Source: Azolla caroliniana
Lineage: Eukaryota > Plantae > Polypodiophyta
DNA length: 64,000 bases
Assembly: GCA_043228905.1 (NCBI GenBank)
Contig: JBHGNT010000020.1
Location: 806,001 to 870,000 of the forward strand
Direction of reading: 5' to 3'
Positions 13,701 to 26,100 of the stretch are shown piece after piece. The number at the start of each line of letters is the position of its first letter. The stretch's first letter is position 1. A program made the position numbers and the translations under genes. The notes beneath the pieces are model-generated. The model did no database searches, was not told the origin of the DNA, and saw only the letters and a program-made list of their open reading frames with translations.

Positions 13701-14306
13701 ATTGAAGACTGTTGACCACCTAAGTTTCCTCCCACTTATCAAAACTTTCAGCATGTGTAGGGGGGTAACGTAATGTTTATAGGAATATGCAAATAGGGAT
13801 ACTTGCTCCCCTAGTATGGGATTCCGAAGAAAATAGACTCACACTTTGGTTCAATTGGAAGGGCCAAAAGGTGCTTTAGGAAGGCAAAGTTACGTAACAA
13901 GTATTATCATATGGAATTGTTATAGTCTTCAATTATGCGTTATCGAGGGCGAACTTGTAAAGCCATCCTTGAGAGAAATTATGGGACTTATGAGTGAACT
14001 ATTAATTATCACTATCTCAACCTAGAATCATCAATACACATAAGTAGATCCACCATCACTTTAGACTTTAACCCACGGGAATGTTAATGTTATGAAGCAT
14101 ATGCTCACGTTTTCTCTACACCGTTATGATTTCACACTTACTTTACCATTACAATTTCCTATGGTCATAATAATGATTATGGTTTCACTTGAAATGTCTT
14201 CTCGTCATACCAAAGCTAAATCAAATTATGGAAAAACATAACATTTGATATATAAATTGCTTTTGTTGCTAATATATAAAACATTGAGATAGAGAGAGAG
14301 AGAGTG

Positions 14307-14337
<31 letters not shown>

Positions 14338-16515
14338 GTGGATAGATCTATCAATGCTTGAATATATATTACTTAGGAATAACAAAACAAATCTATTCAT
14401 AACATTAATGGCCTAGATTTAGGGGGGTTTGCATTAAAGCTTTAAGCCCACAAATAAAGGGCACTAACAACGAAAAGCCAAAAGAAAAATAACACCATGT
14501 TCTTGGTTCTCGTGGTACAAACTTGAGGCAAGTGGTAATACTTGTTGTAACTTGTAATATCTTAATTCTTCTTACAAGACACATGGTGCACAATTAATCC
14601 TTTTGATATGGTCTTCCTTCATATATTGGATTGTTTTGAGAGCCCCCTTGCTCTAATAATTAGCCCTTGAAGAGCAAATTGTCAACCATCTTAAATTTTG
14701 CAAGAGTACATTGATATGATTGGAAAATCAAAGCGAGTTTGATGCATCAAATTCATAAGCATATAATAGCTTTTTGTAGTGTCTCTCCTTTCCTTGTGAA
14801 TCAAGTTTGAAAGTAGTGTGTTGCTTTGGAGCATAAGCGATGGTGTTCTTGTTCTACATAGTGTAAATCAATGTGAGCAATGACCATAAAGATATATCGC
14901 ATGCGAATATATAATGCACTAGCAAAGCGGATATAAGGTGAATCTTTTGTCCAACAATGTGTCGCACACATCTACGAAGATAAAAGGTAGTTGGACGAAT
15001 GGTCACCAATTTCTTTTGTCCAACCTTTGAGCCCACCACTTTGTCCTTAAGGGTGTTCGTACAATTCTTGGGGGAAAAAAATCCATTTTACTACGCTTAA
15101 CACGAGTTTATGTTTTGGTTTGCCTTCTAAATAGAGATATGCTACATGAAGTTTTTGAGGGGATGGATGATAGAGAGACACTCATGAGTATGTTCTCGTA
15201 TGTGAGTTCATTGGAGATCAATGGCCCAGTAAAAAGAGCCAAATAAGTGAGCATTTTTCTCCTCTTGTGCGATGTGTGGCACATCATAGCATAGCCAAAC
15301 TACAAAGGATAAGCTCGTCCGATGACTATGTAAATTGTCATGAACTCATTATAAATCAATGATGCAATCTCATTTGGGAGTCGTGGACACTAGAGCTTGT
15401 AAACACACGATATGATAATAATGATAACCATATGAGAGTAAACAAAAAGGAAACGAAACGTTTATAAATGCAAAAAAGCGCACGGTTCATGCAAATTAGG
15501 AAACGGCATGGTTTTTTGAACTTCAAAAGCCTTCTTCTTGAGCAAAACAATTCTTAGAGCATTAATGAAGAAATGTTTGGGGAGATATGACCTACTATTC
15601 ATCACATCATCTTTAAAAGCTTCCAATACAATTCTTTTGTGTTTAAAGCATTCATGGAGAGGAGGACATAGCTATAGCATATGTACAAACGCGATTTTCT
15701 TGGTTGAAGAGAGAGATGTGTAATAAATAAACACATGCGAAGCGAACATGTGTGGCTAGAAAAGGATATAGGCATTTTGTTAACATTCTCGAAATCTTGA
15801 AGTTGCCAAAGGGAGCGCGATCTATTAAAGCAATCAATTAGATCATGCCGAATCGAGATGTTTGTGAGCACCGATGAGGTCTACTCACATCAACACTCTT
15901 GGAGTAGTAGTACTTGGATTTCGTTCAATTTTATAAAGGGTTATTTTTTTGTCGCTAGAAACTTTCAAACAAAGGCTCACCCTACAAGGGAATAATAATG
16001 TTCACATTTTACCATTTTTCCTTCTTTGATAAGCAAAGATGCAAGTACAATAAAAAGTGGGTTAGAAGCAACTAAAACGAGTATATTATCTATGCATTGT
16101 TGTCCCAAGCACACATTTCGTGTCACATTTGCACATGCGTGCACTTATTTAAAATAAACAGTTAGATATAGTGTCGTCCATTCAAGAAATCTTTAACAAT
16201 TGGGGGACAAAAAGCATTCGAAGTATATATGCTCGGCATGCTGCTTTGGCCGAAGACACTTTTGGGTATGTGAATCATGGGTTGTGAAAAGCACACATAA
16301 ATCTAGCAATGTGCCCATTGACATTTCTAACAAGGACATGTGTCTATTTGCAGATACATGTCTAAGGTCTATTACATTAACCATTTATCCCCATTGTAAC
16401 TTGTTTCATATGTGAGAAAATATATATACCTAGTGTGTAGAAAAGAAGCTCATAATGTGTGAAGCCAAGATTGCCCCAACCTCTATCCCATTTAATTTAC
16501 CTAATGTGACATAAT

Positions 16516-16835
16516 TTCCAACTCGGATAGGCATTTCTTGAAAGGCTAAGAGTGCTTCGTGTCCCATTGACATTTCTTGCATGGTCTTAGAATAATTCGG
16601 CTCCCTTGACTAATCTTGCTCGGTGTTCCAACTCGTTCGACTTTTCACGAAAAGCTAAGAATGCTTCGTGTCTGTTGACTTTTCTGCACGGTCCGAGAAT
16701 GTTTTGACTCTCTCAGACTACTCTCGCCCAACGTTTCCAACTCGTTAGACTTATTCTGAAATTGGCTAAGAATGCTTCGTGTCCGTTTGACTTTCTACAT
16801 GGTTCAAGAAATGTTTGGGCTCCCTTGACTGATGG
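16516..16835. repeat. ~110-bp tandem repeat x3
   Basis: TTCCAACTCG...GCTAAGA(G/A)TGCTTCGTGTC...TTGAC occurs three times. Confidence 0.85.
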
Positions 16836-16926
16836 ATGATATACCTGAAGTTCCCAATCACTCTTCGAGAGCTGATTTTGGAAGGTTTCATACAAGGAGG
16901 GGATGAATGCAAGAGAAAGAAGAGAT

Positions 16927-16976
16927 GGAAAGATATATATTAACGTCTTCTAAGGCCAAAATTGGCCCATGAGACA
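16927..16976 (-). mobile_element. Isolated 3' terminus of the LINE family at 22886-27740
   Basis: ATATTAACGTCTTCTAAGGCCAAAATTGGCCCATGAGACA is identical to the LINE end at ~22918-22957. Confidence 0.75.
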
Positions 16977-17619
16977 TGGGACATGGGACATGGAATAGAT
17001 GGATGCATGCATGCATGAATGAATGAATGAATAGATGCATGTAGATGGGCTTGTTGGGGGAGGGTATGCAATAAATTATTAGAGAAGAGTAGGAAGCAAT
17101 AGAGGAGGGGCAAAAACCAAAATAAACACAAACAATAAAGAGAAGCCTTTACTTCTTTATTATCTCTCTCTCTCTCTTCTTTTAATTGCTAATTGTTTGG
17201 GGATTTTTAGGGTATTCTTTAATTTGTTTTGGTTTACTTTCTCCTTCTTTAAATGAAATGAATTGAAAGAAAAGCATCCAAAAGCAAAACTTAATTTGTT
17301 TTGGTTTTTTTTCTCCTGCTTTAATTGAAGAAAAAAGAAAAAAGAAAAAAGAAGTTTACTATTAATTGATTGCGGTAAATATGTACATTTGTTGAAGAAT
17401 AATTATATTTAAATCAATAACTAAATCTCTGGTAGAAATAGAAAATAGTTAATGAGAAGCTTGGAAAAATAAATCAAAATAAAAACGTAAACGAGAAACA
17501 TAAATGGGGAAAAATAAAAGGATTTTACAAAAAATAACGGAGAATAAAATTCGAAAATAAATGCAAGGAAAAGGTAAAAGGAAGCATTATTACATAAAAA
17601 AAAAACAAAAAAAACAAAA

Positions 17620-18200
17620 ATGTACAAGTGCAAATACAAAATACAAATACAAATTAAAAAAATACAAAAATACAAAAATACAAATACAAATACAAATACA
17701 AATACAAATACAAATACAAATACAAATACAAATACAAATACAAATACAAATACAAATACAAATACAAATACAAATACAAATACAAATACAAATACAAATA
17801 CAAATACAAATACAAATACAAATACAAATACAAAAATACAATTACAAATACAACTACAAAATACAAATACAAATACAAAAATACAAAAATACAATTACGA
17901 ATACAACTACAGAATACAAATACAAATACAAAAATACAAATACAAAAATACAATTACAAATACAACTACAAAATACAGATATAAATACAAAAATACAAAA
18001 ATACAATTACGAATACAACTACAAAATACAAATACAAATACAAAAATACAATTACAAATACAACTACAAAATACAGATATAAATACGAATACAAATTCAA
18101 AAATACAAAAATATAATTACAATTACAACTACAAAATACAGATACAAATATGAATACAAGTACAAATACAAAAAACAAAAAACAAAAATAGAAATAGAAA
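17620..18200. repeat. (AAATAC)n hexamer array with variant higher-order units
   Basis: Pure AAATAC run at ~17676-17832, then recurring AAAAATACAATTAC..ATACAACTAC blocks. Confidence 0.95.
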
Positions 18201-18379
18201 AAAGAAAAAAAAGGGATCAATAACAGAATCAGAAACAGAAAGTAAAAATAAATAAAATTAAAGCAAAACAAATATAAAGAAAATCTGAGAGTATATATTA
18301 AGAAATCAGATTTCCCATTTAAAACGTATTATTATTATTATTATTTTTTCTGGTGGATTTCCATTTTAATTTTTTTCGG

Positions 18380-18907
18380 CTAAAATCAGCGTGAGGGTCC
18401 TAATTTGGGGGCCGTGAGAGAATTCTGAGCCGTCGGATCGGAGGGCCGGGAGATGGACGGCAGAGATCCGATGCGACCGGGAGACCGGCCACGTGGCAAG
18501 TGGACCGGCTCCGCCGGTCATCCCCTACCCGAGGTTCTTCCTCCTCCTGTGCGAAGCTGCTATTTCTGCGTAAACTCTCTGCATATCCGCCATCGCCGAC
18601 CTTCTTCTTCTTCTTCTTCTTTCTTCTTTCTTCTTTCTTCTTCTGAATCGTTCCTGATCTAATCTCTGAGTCCAAATCATTCTTCTTCTCAATCGTTTCT
18701 TCATTTGATTTCGCCATAGCTCGCCCTTCTTCGAGCTTTTCCTGTCATAACTCTTCTCTCTCTCTCTCTCTCTCTCTCTGTGTCTCTGTGCCGCCATAGC
18801 TTTTCTATGAGATATCGCCGACAGGCACAGCGACAGACCAACACAGAGAGAAAGCAAGACTTTTTCTTAAGGTCCCAGTGACCGACCGACCAACCGACCG
18901 ATCGACC
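18380..18907 (+). promoter_or_regulatory. GC-rich promoter/5' UTR of the trihelix gene with G-box and CT/CTT tracts
   Basis: CCACGTGG at ~18488; (CTT)n and (CT)n tracts typical of plant 5' UTRs. Confidence 0.5.
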
Positions 18908-20818
18908 ATGACAGAAGCCAACGCTCTGCTGCAGGGCTTCATCTCCCCATGCCCCGCTCAGTTTAAAGAGTTCCTGAGCGACTCCACTGTGACCACTAAT
19001 CAGAAGAACGACTCTTCGTCGTCGCAATCCCTGCAAGAAGCAGGGAAGGTTGCATTGTTCAGTAAAGACGCGTCGCAGGAAGAAGTGAATAAGTCGGAGG
19101 AGAAGATCAATGGAATAATCAAGGATGTGTTGGAGCAGGTCTCCACGAAAGATAATACGAATGAGGAAGGATCGAGCGAGAATATGGTCGCGGATCATCT
19201 CTCTGATCGAATATGTATCGGCAGAAGCATCAACGATGAGGAGGAGGGGGAGGAGGAGGGGGAGGATGGAGACGATGATCCTATGGGAGAGCAGCTTCCA
19301 TGGAAGCTTGAGTTGAGCACCAATCCTTCGTGCTTTCACCAGAAGGCGTCTCAGGGTTCCTCAGAGAATCACACATGCGACGAGAAGCTGGAGACCACCG
19401 CCTCGTACAGGCAAGGGAATTGGCTCTTGAATGAGATCTTGATCCTGCTCGAAGCCAAAGCGAAGGAGGAGGAAGAATCCATGGGAGAGAGCAGGAGATC
19501 GAGGCCCTGCGCAGACGACAAGTGGAAGAATGTGTCGGAGTACTGCAAAGCCAGGGGCGTGTACAGAACGAAAGAGCAATGCAGGATCAAATGGGACAAC
19601 ATGATGCCGGATTTCAGGAAGATCAGGGACTACGAGGAGGCCAGGGAGCCGAGCAGCGCGCAGTCCTACTTCGACATGGAAGCTTGGGAGAGGAGGGCCA
19701 AGATCCTGCCGAGCAACATGGATATGGTGGTGTATCAGAAGATCGCGGGTATCTTGTCGAGCAAGCCGTGCAGGGAGAGGGGGGGGAGCCTGAGCGGGCT
19801 GAAGAGGGAAGCTCGCGAGAAGAAGATGGCGATGGTGGCTCTGTCGCCTGCAGAGGACGGAGGGGCGGCTGCGAAGGATCATCATCAGACAGGAGGAGGA
19901 GGAGGAGGTCTAGGCCTGGTGGCGGACCTGGTGGGGAAGCACATCGCCGCCGCTTCTTCCTCGAGGAAGAGGCGGCGGAGGAGGGCTTCAGCTCAGCAGG
20001 CGGCGGCGGCGGCGGCGCCATCGCTGGATCAGGCGGATATGGCGGCTCTCAGAGAAGCCAAGGCCATGCGGATGGAGCTCATGGTGGCCACTCCGGTCAA
20101 GGAGCCGGACTGCAGGCATGACTCCTCCACAGAGGACGATGACACCATGATGACCACGATGACGATGATGCCAGGTCAAGGTCAAGGATTAGGTCAAGGC
20201 CATGGCCGTGGTCAAGGTCAAGGTCAAGGTCTAGATGGACTAGGTCAAAGAGGGAATATTCATGCAGGATCAGGGCCGTATCTATTCGCGGAGAGATCGA
20301 ACCTCCCTGCTCATGGCAATGGGGCAGCCATGGCCACGCCTGGCAGTATTCCTCCTGCTCAGAGGCTTCTTCGGCTGGAGGCGGCGGCGGCTGCGGGCTT
20401 CCAGCCTCCCGCACAGGGATTGCTAGAGCATGCCAATGGATCGAGCCCCTGCCTCGAATCCATACGGTCCGCTGCCGCCGGACCTCCTGCAGAGAACGAT
20501 CACCACCACCACCATAGCCACCATAACCACCATCATCAAGCTCCATCACGGATCGAGATGATGATCGGCGGCAGCGATGGCATCCTCGGACGGAGCACCA
20601 GCCATTCCTCGTCCCATCATCATCATCATCATCAGCTGCTTGGGCTGATCGAAGACCGCAAGGAGGCCCGGCATCGGGAGCTCATGGCCCTCGAGCGCGA
20701 GAAGCTCACCGTCTTTAAAGAGGCAAGCTTCACCATAGCCAACACCATGGCCAATGCCATGACCATGTTCTCTAAAGTGGCCGAAGAGCTCCTCCTCCTG
20801 CGCCGCCGCCCCCGATAA
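18908..20818 (+). CDS. Trihelix (Myb/SANT-like) transcription factor, ASR3/SH4-like, intronless
   Basis: Long GC-rich ORF with first ATG at 18908; W..NEILILLEAK...KWKNVSEYC...RT.EQCR.KWDN...DFRKIRDYE...SYF.M...ERR...LPSNM; basic RKRRRRR; His/Gln-rich tracts; C-terminal coiled coil. Confidence 0.9.
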   Translation: MTEANALLQGFISPCPAQFKEFLSDSTVTTNQKNDSSSSQSLQEAGKVALFSKDASQEEVNKSEEKINGIIKDVLEQVSTKDNTNEEGSSENMVADHLSDRICIGRSINDEEEGEEEGEDGDDDPMGEQLPWKLELSTNPSCFHQKASQGSSENHTCDEKLETTASYRQGNWLLNEILILLEAKAKEEEESMGESRRSRPCADDKWKNVSEYCKARGVYRTKEQCRIKWDNMMPDFRKIRDYEEAREPSSAQSYFDMEAWERRAKILPSNMDMVVYQKIAGILSSKPCRERGGSLSGLKREAREKKMAMVALSPAEDGGAAAKDHHQTGGGGGGLGLVADLVGKHIAAASSSRKRRRRRASAQQAAAAAAPSLDQADMAALREAKAMRMELMVATPVKEPDCRHDSSTEDDDTMMTTMTMMPGQGQGLGQGHGRGQGQGQGLDGLGQRGNIHAGSGPYLFAERSNLPAHGNGAAMATPGSIPPAQRLLRLEAAAAAGFQPPAQGLLEHANGSSPCLESIRSAAAGPPAENDHHHHHSHHNHHHQAPSRIEMMIGGSDGILGRSTSHSSSHHHHHHQLLGLIEDRKEARHRELMALEREKLTVFKEASFTIANTMANAMTMFSKVAEELLLLRRRPR

Positions 20819-20960
20819 GCTCCTCCACCTCCAATCCTATTCTTCAAATTTTATTTTTTTTGGGTCCTTGTGAAAGAAAGAATTTGGTGGTTTTATGTTA
20901 CATAGCTCCTCCTCCTTTTTAATTATTTACACTCCCCCTCCCCCCCCTTCCGTCATCGTC

Positions 20961-21175
20961 AGTACTAGAGCTAGTTGATTCCGACAGTTTTGGAAACTAT
21001 ATGGATATGGCCAAAGAAAGATCCAATCCACTCAGTACTGGAGTTAGTCGATTCCCAACAGTTTTGGAAAATATATGGAGTATGGATGAAAAGAAGATCA
21101 AGTCCAGTCAGTACTAGAGTTAGTTGATTCCAACAGTTTTGGAAAATATATGGATATGGCCGAAAAAAGATCCCC
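20961..21175. repeat. ~73-bp tandem repeat x3 downstream of the trihelix stop codon
   Basis: AGTACT.GAG.TAGT.GATTCC..CAGTTTTGGAAA.TATATGGA occurs three times. Confidence 0.85.
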
Positions 21176-22884
21176 GCTTTACAATCGATCAATCAATCAA
21201 TCAATGGAACCTACCCTTTAGAAAGGATTTTGGGTTTGGATTTGAGATATCATCCTGAGAAATGCAAGGGATGATGATGATGGTGCCTTTTGTTTTATTA
21301 CAAATCCAATTCAAAATATATCATGATGGTGCCTTTTGTTTATCAGGAATCCAATTCAAAATATATATCTTAACTTTTAAATACTATCTATTTGTTCTGC
21401 GCGTAAGGAGCACATTGTCATGTGATTCTCTCCCGTGCAAAACCCTGCTTGTTTGTTAACATTACATGATATATTTTGTTAATTCTCTCGTTCATGGTCA
21501 TCATCGGATTGATTTGACATCTGTGGTAACGTTGATAATGTTGGGGTTTGATTTGACATCTTTGGTAACGTTGATAATGTTGTGGATTGATTGAACCTTA
21601 AGATTTGTTTGTTAATAATGTTGTGGATTGATCGAACTGCAAGACCTGTTTGTTGGACCTCAAGATCTCCTTACTATGAGAGTATGCAATGATGTTCATA
21701 TAACTGAACACTGTCATCTGGACATATCTGGAGAACCTCCATGATTTTGCTGACTGTCGCAGGATTCTCATTAAGGAGGATAATAGATAATTATTTATAT
21801 GCTCTGGACAGTTTTTGTCTTGGTCAGGCTACTTAGCTATCACATGAAAACATCATATAGCTTACAACATTTTATGCCTCAAAAGATTTTTGTGTGGTAT
21901 GATATGGTTGATTGATGAGTGCATATATCTTAGAATGGAGATTTTGTAATCAGAAAATGTTTAATTGCAACCCCGAATTGTTTTCCAAATTGTAATTGGG
22001 AAATGATCGATTGGTAATTATAACCCAATTATAAAGTCAGCATAATCGCTGTCGAAGAGAATGAGTAGCTTAATTTTGCTGATAGAAAGAGGATTAATGT
22101 TGATAAACTATATAAAGCCCAACGGTTTTCATTCTCCTTCAAACCATTAAAAAACAAGTCTATATTCAAAGGGGTTGTAAGTTATAAATCAAATGCAGTC
22201 TTCCAGTTGTCAAGTCAAACACGAAATGCGAAGGAAATAAATAAACCATGTAAGGAAGAAGCAGGCTCACAAATAGCTGTGTAAATGATGATAATATTAC
22301 ATGAATATCAACTAGAGGCAGATAGGCTCAGAAATAAGCCCTTCACAATTATTACCATAAATTATATATGAAGTACATAATTTGTTGCTTGTATAATTCA
22401 CAGGAGACTGAATTGAATTGAGTTGAATGATTTCACAAGGGCTTCATGAATGAATATGTATGCGAGTGGGGAATTGGGTATGTTTTTTGTGATATTAGAA
22501 ATATTAAAACCATTTTCATCGTGTTGGATAAGCAGGGAGCAAAGGTAGTGAGTGCAGTTTATTAATGACCGAGAGATATATGTAGAAGTAAGTTGAACAA
22601 CCTTTATAGAAACAATTGCTCGAGCATTGGGAACACCCTTTATAGATGAAGAGCTCGATCAGAAGGCAACTACATCCAAATGTTTAGGGTCTAGGGTTTA
22701 GGGTTTACCTAGCTCTATGAAGGACAAACATTAGAACTACTACATAAACGAATTGTAACATCATCTTTTTAGCATTGAGAGCGATATCATTTTATCATCT
22801 CTCCAGAGGAGCGTGCTCAAAGAAGTATTCGAAAACAGTATGCATGCGAGGGTGAAAATATCAATCTTTAAGTTGATGAGTGCC

Positions 22885-22918
<34 letters not shown>

Positions 22919-23118
22919 TATTAACGTCTTCTAAGGCCAAAATTGGCCCATGAGACAAATGGTGTACAACAAAAATGGGATATTTACCCATTCATCGAAA
23001 GTAAAAATAAAAATAAGATAAAATAGAGTTTAAGCTAAATAGTTCTAAGAAAACAACAAACATGTTCTATATAAAAAACATGTTCTACAATGAGAATGAT
23101 TCTATACTAGGCCTAATT

Positions 23119-26100
23119 TCATTTCCATCCAAGTCTCTCGAAGAGAAGCGGGGGGTCAAAGGGTTGCCATGATGTGGATGTGGCCCGTGGTCCCCATGTA
23201 AGAGGTACCCCAACCATAGCTTCGAGTCGGCGTAGCTCACGTTCCCTTATCTTCTTAATCTTTTCTACTCCACGTTGACTTGTGTTGAAGCCCAACATCC
23301 GAGGACGTTTGGTTGCTCTTTGTATTTCTGCTTCCTCAAGGGAGAGGCCGAGCGGCATAAGTGTATCCACATTCATCGTCTCCCCATGTTCCTGAAAAAT
23401 TACACTAGGTACATGTTGATGAGTAGTAAAAGGGTTATGATTAACACTTTGTAATTTATCCTCCCTATGTTGTTTTAGCTCTAAGATATACCTACCTAGT
23501 CTCTTTACACTCGGGGTATCTAATAGTTTGGAGAGGGTGGGAGAGGGTCCTAGTATGTCTTGGTATTCCGCCCGTATCTCGGCATAAGTTGGGCACTTGC
23601 ATGTGAAGTGATACTCATCCTCTATCTCTATGTGGCATAACCTACATAGCCTTTCCTCTCTAGGGACTCTATTAGCTCGACCATTCTCAATCTCAAGTTG
23701 GTGAGATGATATCCTAAGTTGTCCAATGGCCACCCTTAGTGCATTTGATAAGAAAGTATCTAGGTATCTTGGTCGTGTAATAAACCCTAACTTAGAGAAG
23801 TGCAAGAAGTGTTCCTTATAGTACACCATTTTAGATGGGAGTGGCTCTCGTGGGGTGATCCATTTGTATCGAGTGTAGATTTGCCATATGTCTTGGCGTA
23901 TCACTTTATTACGATCTTCACGAGAGATTAAAGTTTGATCAGTCCCATGGTTGTACTTAAGGGGAGGTAGGTTATTAATGTCTATGCCATTTGCAAATAA
24001 CCAACTCACCACAATGCTATACCAAGAGTTGGTGTCTCCAGACACATGTAAGGATCGGGATGCCTCAAAGGCTCGACGGGATATCCTATCTTGTGGTTGA
24101 CTATGTATCCGATGAATAAAAGCTACCACTTGAAAGAGTGCTTCTACTAACATCGGGGGTAGGCTAAACTCCGCTCTAATAATGTCATGTGGTACTGTCG
24201 ATTTGCTTCGGAGTTGACGTGATAACATCACCACTAAAGGTCTCTCCAATTGCGTCCACATGAAAGATGGTAGACCTGGAGCCCATACTACTGATGCATA
24301 CATGAGGGACGGGGTCACTAATGAGTCGAAAAGCCATCCCTTAGTCCGTGGCTCTTGAAAGTATGCTTGGTGGCATTGTCTCTCTAAGAGTGAGAGGGAT
24401 GCATATCCTCTCGTTAGCCTATCTTTGGCTGCCTGGGTCATCGAGAATTTACCTGAGCGAGCACTAAAAGTGACTCCCAAGTATACATAAGATCCCACCA
24501 CCTCAACTAGTTTATGAGAGAGGATGAGGTGACATTTACTCCTAACTCTGGACGATGTATGAAAGATAAGGACTTTAGTTTTCGCTAGATTCACTACCAG
24601 TCCTCGTTGTGTACAAAAGTCATCTAGGGCATTAAGATGCTTTTGTAGGTCGTGTTCCGACTCCGAGAGCAAGACAATGTCGTCTGCGTAGAGTAAGAGA
24701 CTAACTTGCGTATCCCCAATAGCCACTCCTTTGCCTCCCTTACGAGCAATAAAATCAGTGATCTCATCAATGTAGATCCCAAAAAGAGTCGGTGATAGGG
24801 GGCAACCCTGTTTTACACCAATGGTGCTAGTGAAACAATCGGATAGGCCACCTGGGCATCTTACGCGCCCATAGACTTGCTCATATAGGGCATAAATGGC
24901 CCAAATCATGTCATTTGGTATCTCCAAGCTCTTAAGTCTATCAAACAACCTCTCCCTAGGAACTGTATCAAAGGCTTTGCGAAAGTCCACAAAGCAACAA
25001 TATAGTTTCTTCTTACGAGCCTTTGTTTGGTCAATTAAGCACCTAAGTGTAAAGATGTGGTCAATAGTGGAGAAGGCTCGTCTAAAGCCAGCCTGCTCAG
25101 GTGCTCGAAGACTTAATGTTTCCATATAATCACTGAGCTCCGCTTCCATTACTGCACCATATAGTTTAGCAAGCGTATGACCTATCATAATGGTCCTATA
25201 TGTATTTGGGTCCATTGGGTCCCCTCCTTTATGTATAGGGGCCACAGTGTTCATGGCCCATTGTGGTGGAAAACCCTCGGCGAGGGCGCGGTTGAAGATT
25301 AGAGTGAGAAGGGGAGCTAGGCACTCTCGAGCATATATGATGTGCTCGGCTCGCAATCCTGTGTGGTCCATGGATTTCCTATGTTGTAATTTTTTTATGA
25401 CCTTCGTGACCCTAGAGGTCGTGAAAAGTGTCCCCATGGTAGGTCGAGGTGTGGAGGGCATTGGAATGGGTGGTTGGTTCGGGACATGGTAGAGTCTCTC
25501 GGTATATGTGTGCCAAATATTGGGATCCTCGATGGGTGTTTGTGGTCTCGGTTCCCGTAGTCTCTTCCATGCAAGGGCACAATCCCTACTCATGAGCATA
25601 TGGTAGAGTTCCCAATATTGGGATGCTTCCCAAGCTCGTCTTTTACGACGTGTCATCTTGCGCATCTCTTTTCGAGCCTGTACTAAGGAGATAGTACCAC
25701 TGAGTCGCGATACTTTAAGTTGTCTATACAACTCTCTACAATCCTCGTCATACCACTTGTTTTGTGGCATAGACCCTATTCTACTATGATTGGAGTCTTT
25801 CGTGTATGGGAAGCTACTAGTGGCGGCTGAGTGAAGGATGTGTGTGAGTTCTGTAGTGAGGTTCTCTAAAGGCAAGGAAGAATCAAACGAGGAAAGATGG
25901 GCTTGAACATGTCGAGAGTAGATGTCCGCGAGCTCATGCGTGAAATGTATTATAGTGTGATGGGTTGGTTTACTAGAGTTGGTGGTGTGGGAGGTGTCAT
26001 ATTTTAGCTCAAAGTATAGGAAGGTATGGTCTGCCCCAATGGGGCATGGGGCCACCCGGAAGGAGCTAACCATGTGGGTAGCTTCAGGGCGTCCTATTAG

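Noticed and set aside
14400-16000. Possible hAT transposase remnant (LVRCVAH near 15265)
   Set aside because: A single short motif in highly decayed sequence; no TIRs identified.
17421-18271. ORFs of poly-IQ, NT, VF, CI and YL dipeptides
   Set aside because: Translations of the (AAATAC)n microsatellite, open in many frames; no coding signal.
19361-20847. Alternative-frame and antisense ORFs over the trihelix gene
   Set aside because: Expected shadow ORFs of a GC-rich CDS; no recognisable domains.
22682-22706. TTTAGGG telomere-like repeats
   Set aside because: Only about three imperfect units; common telo-box or repair filler.
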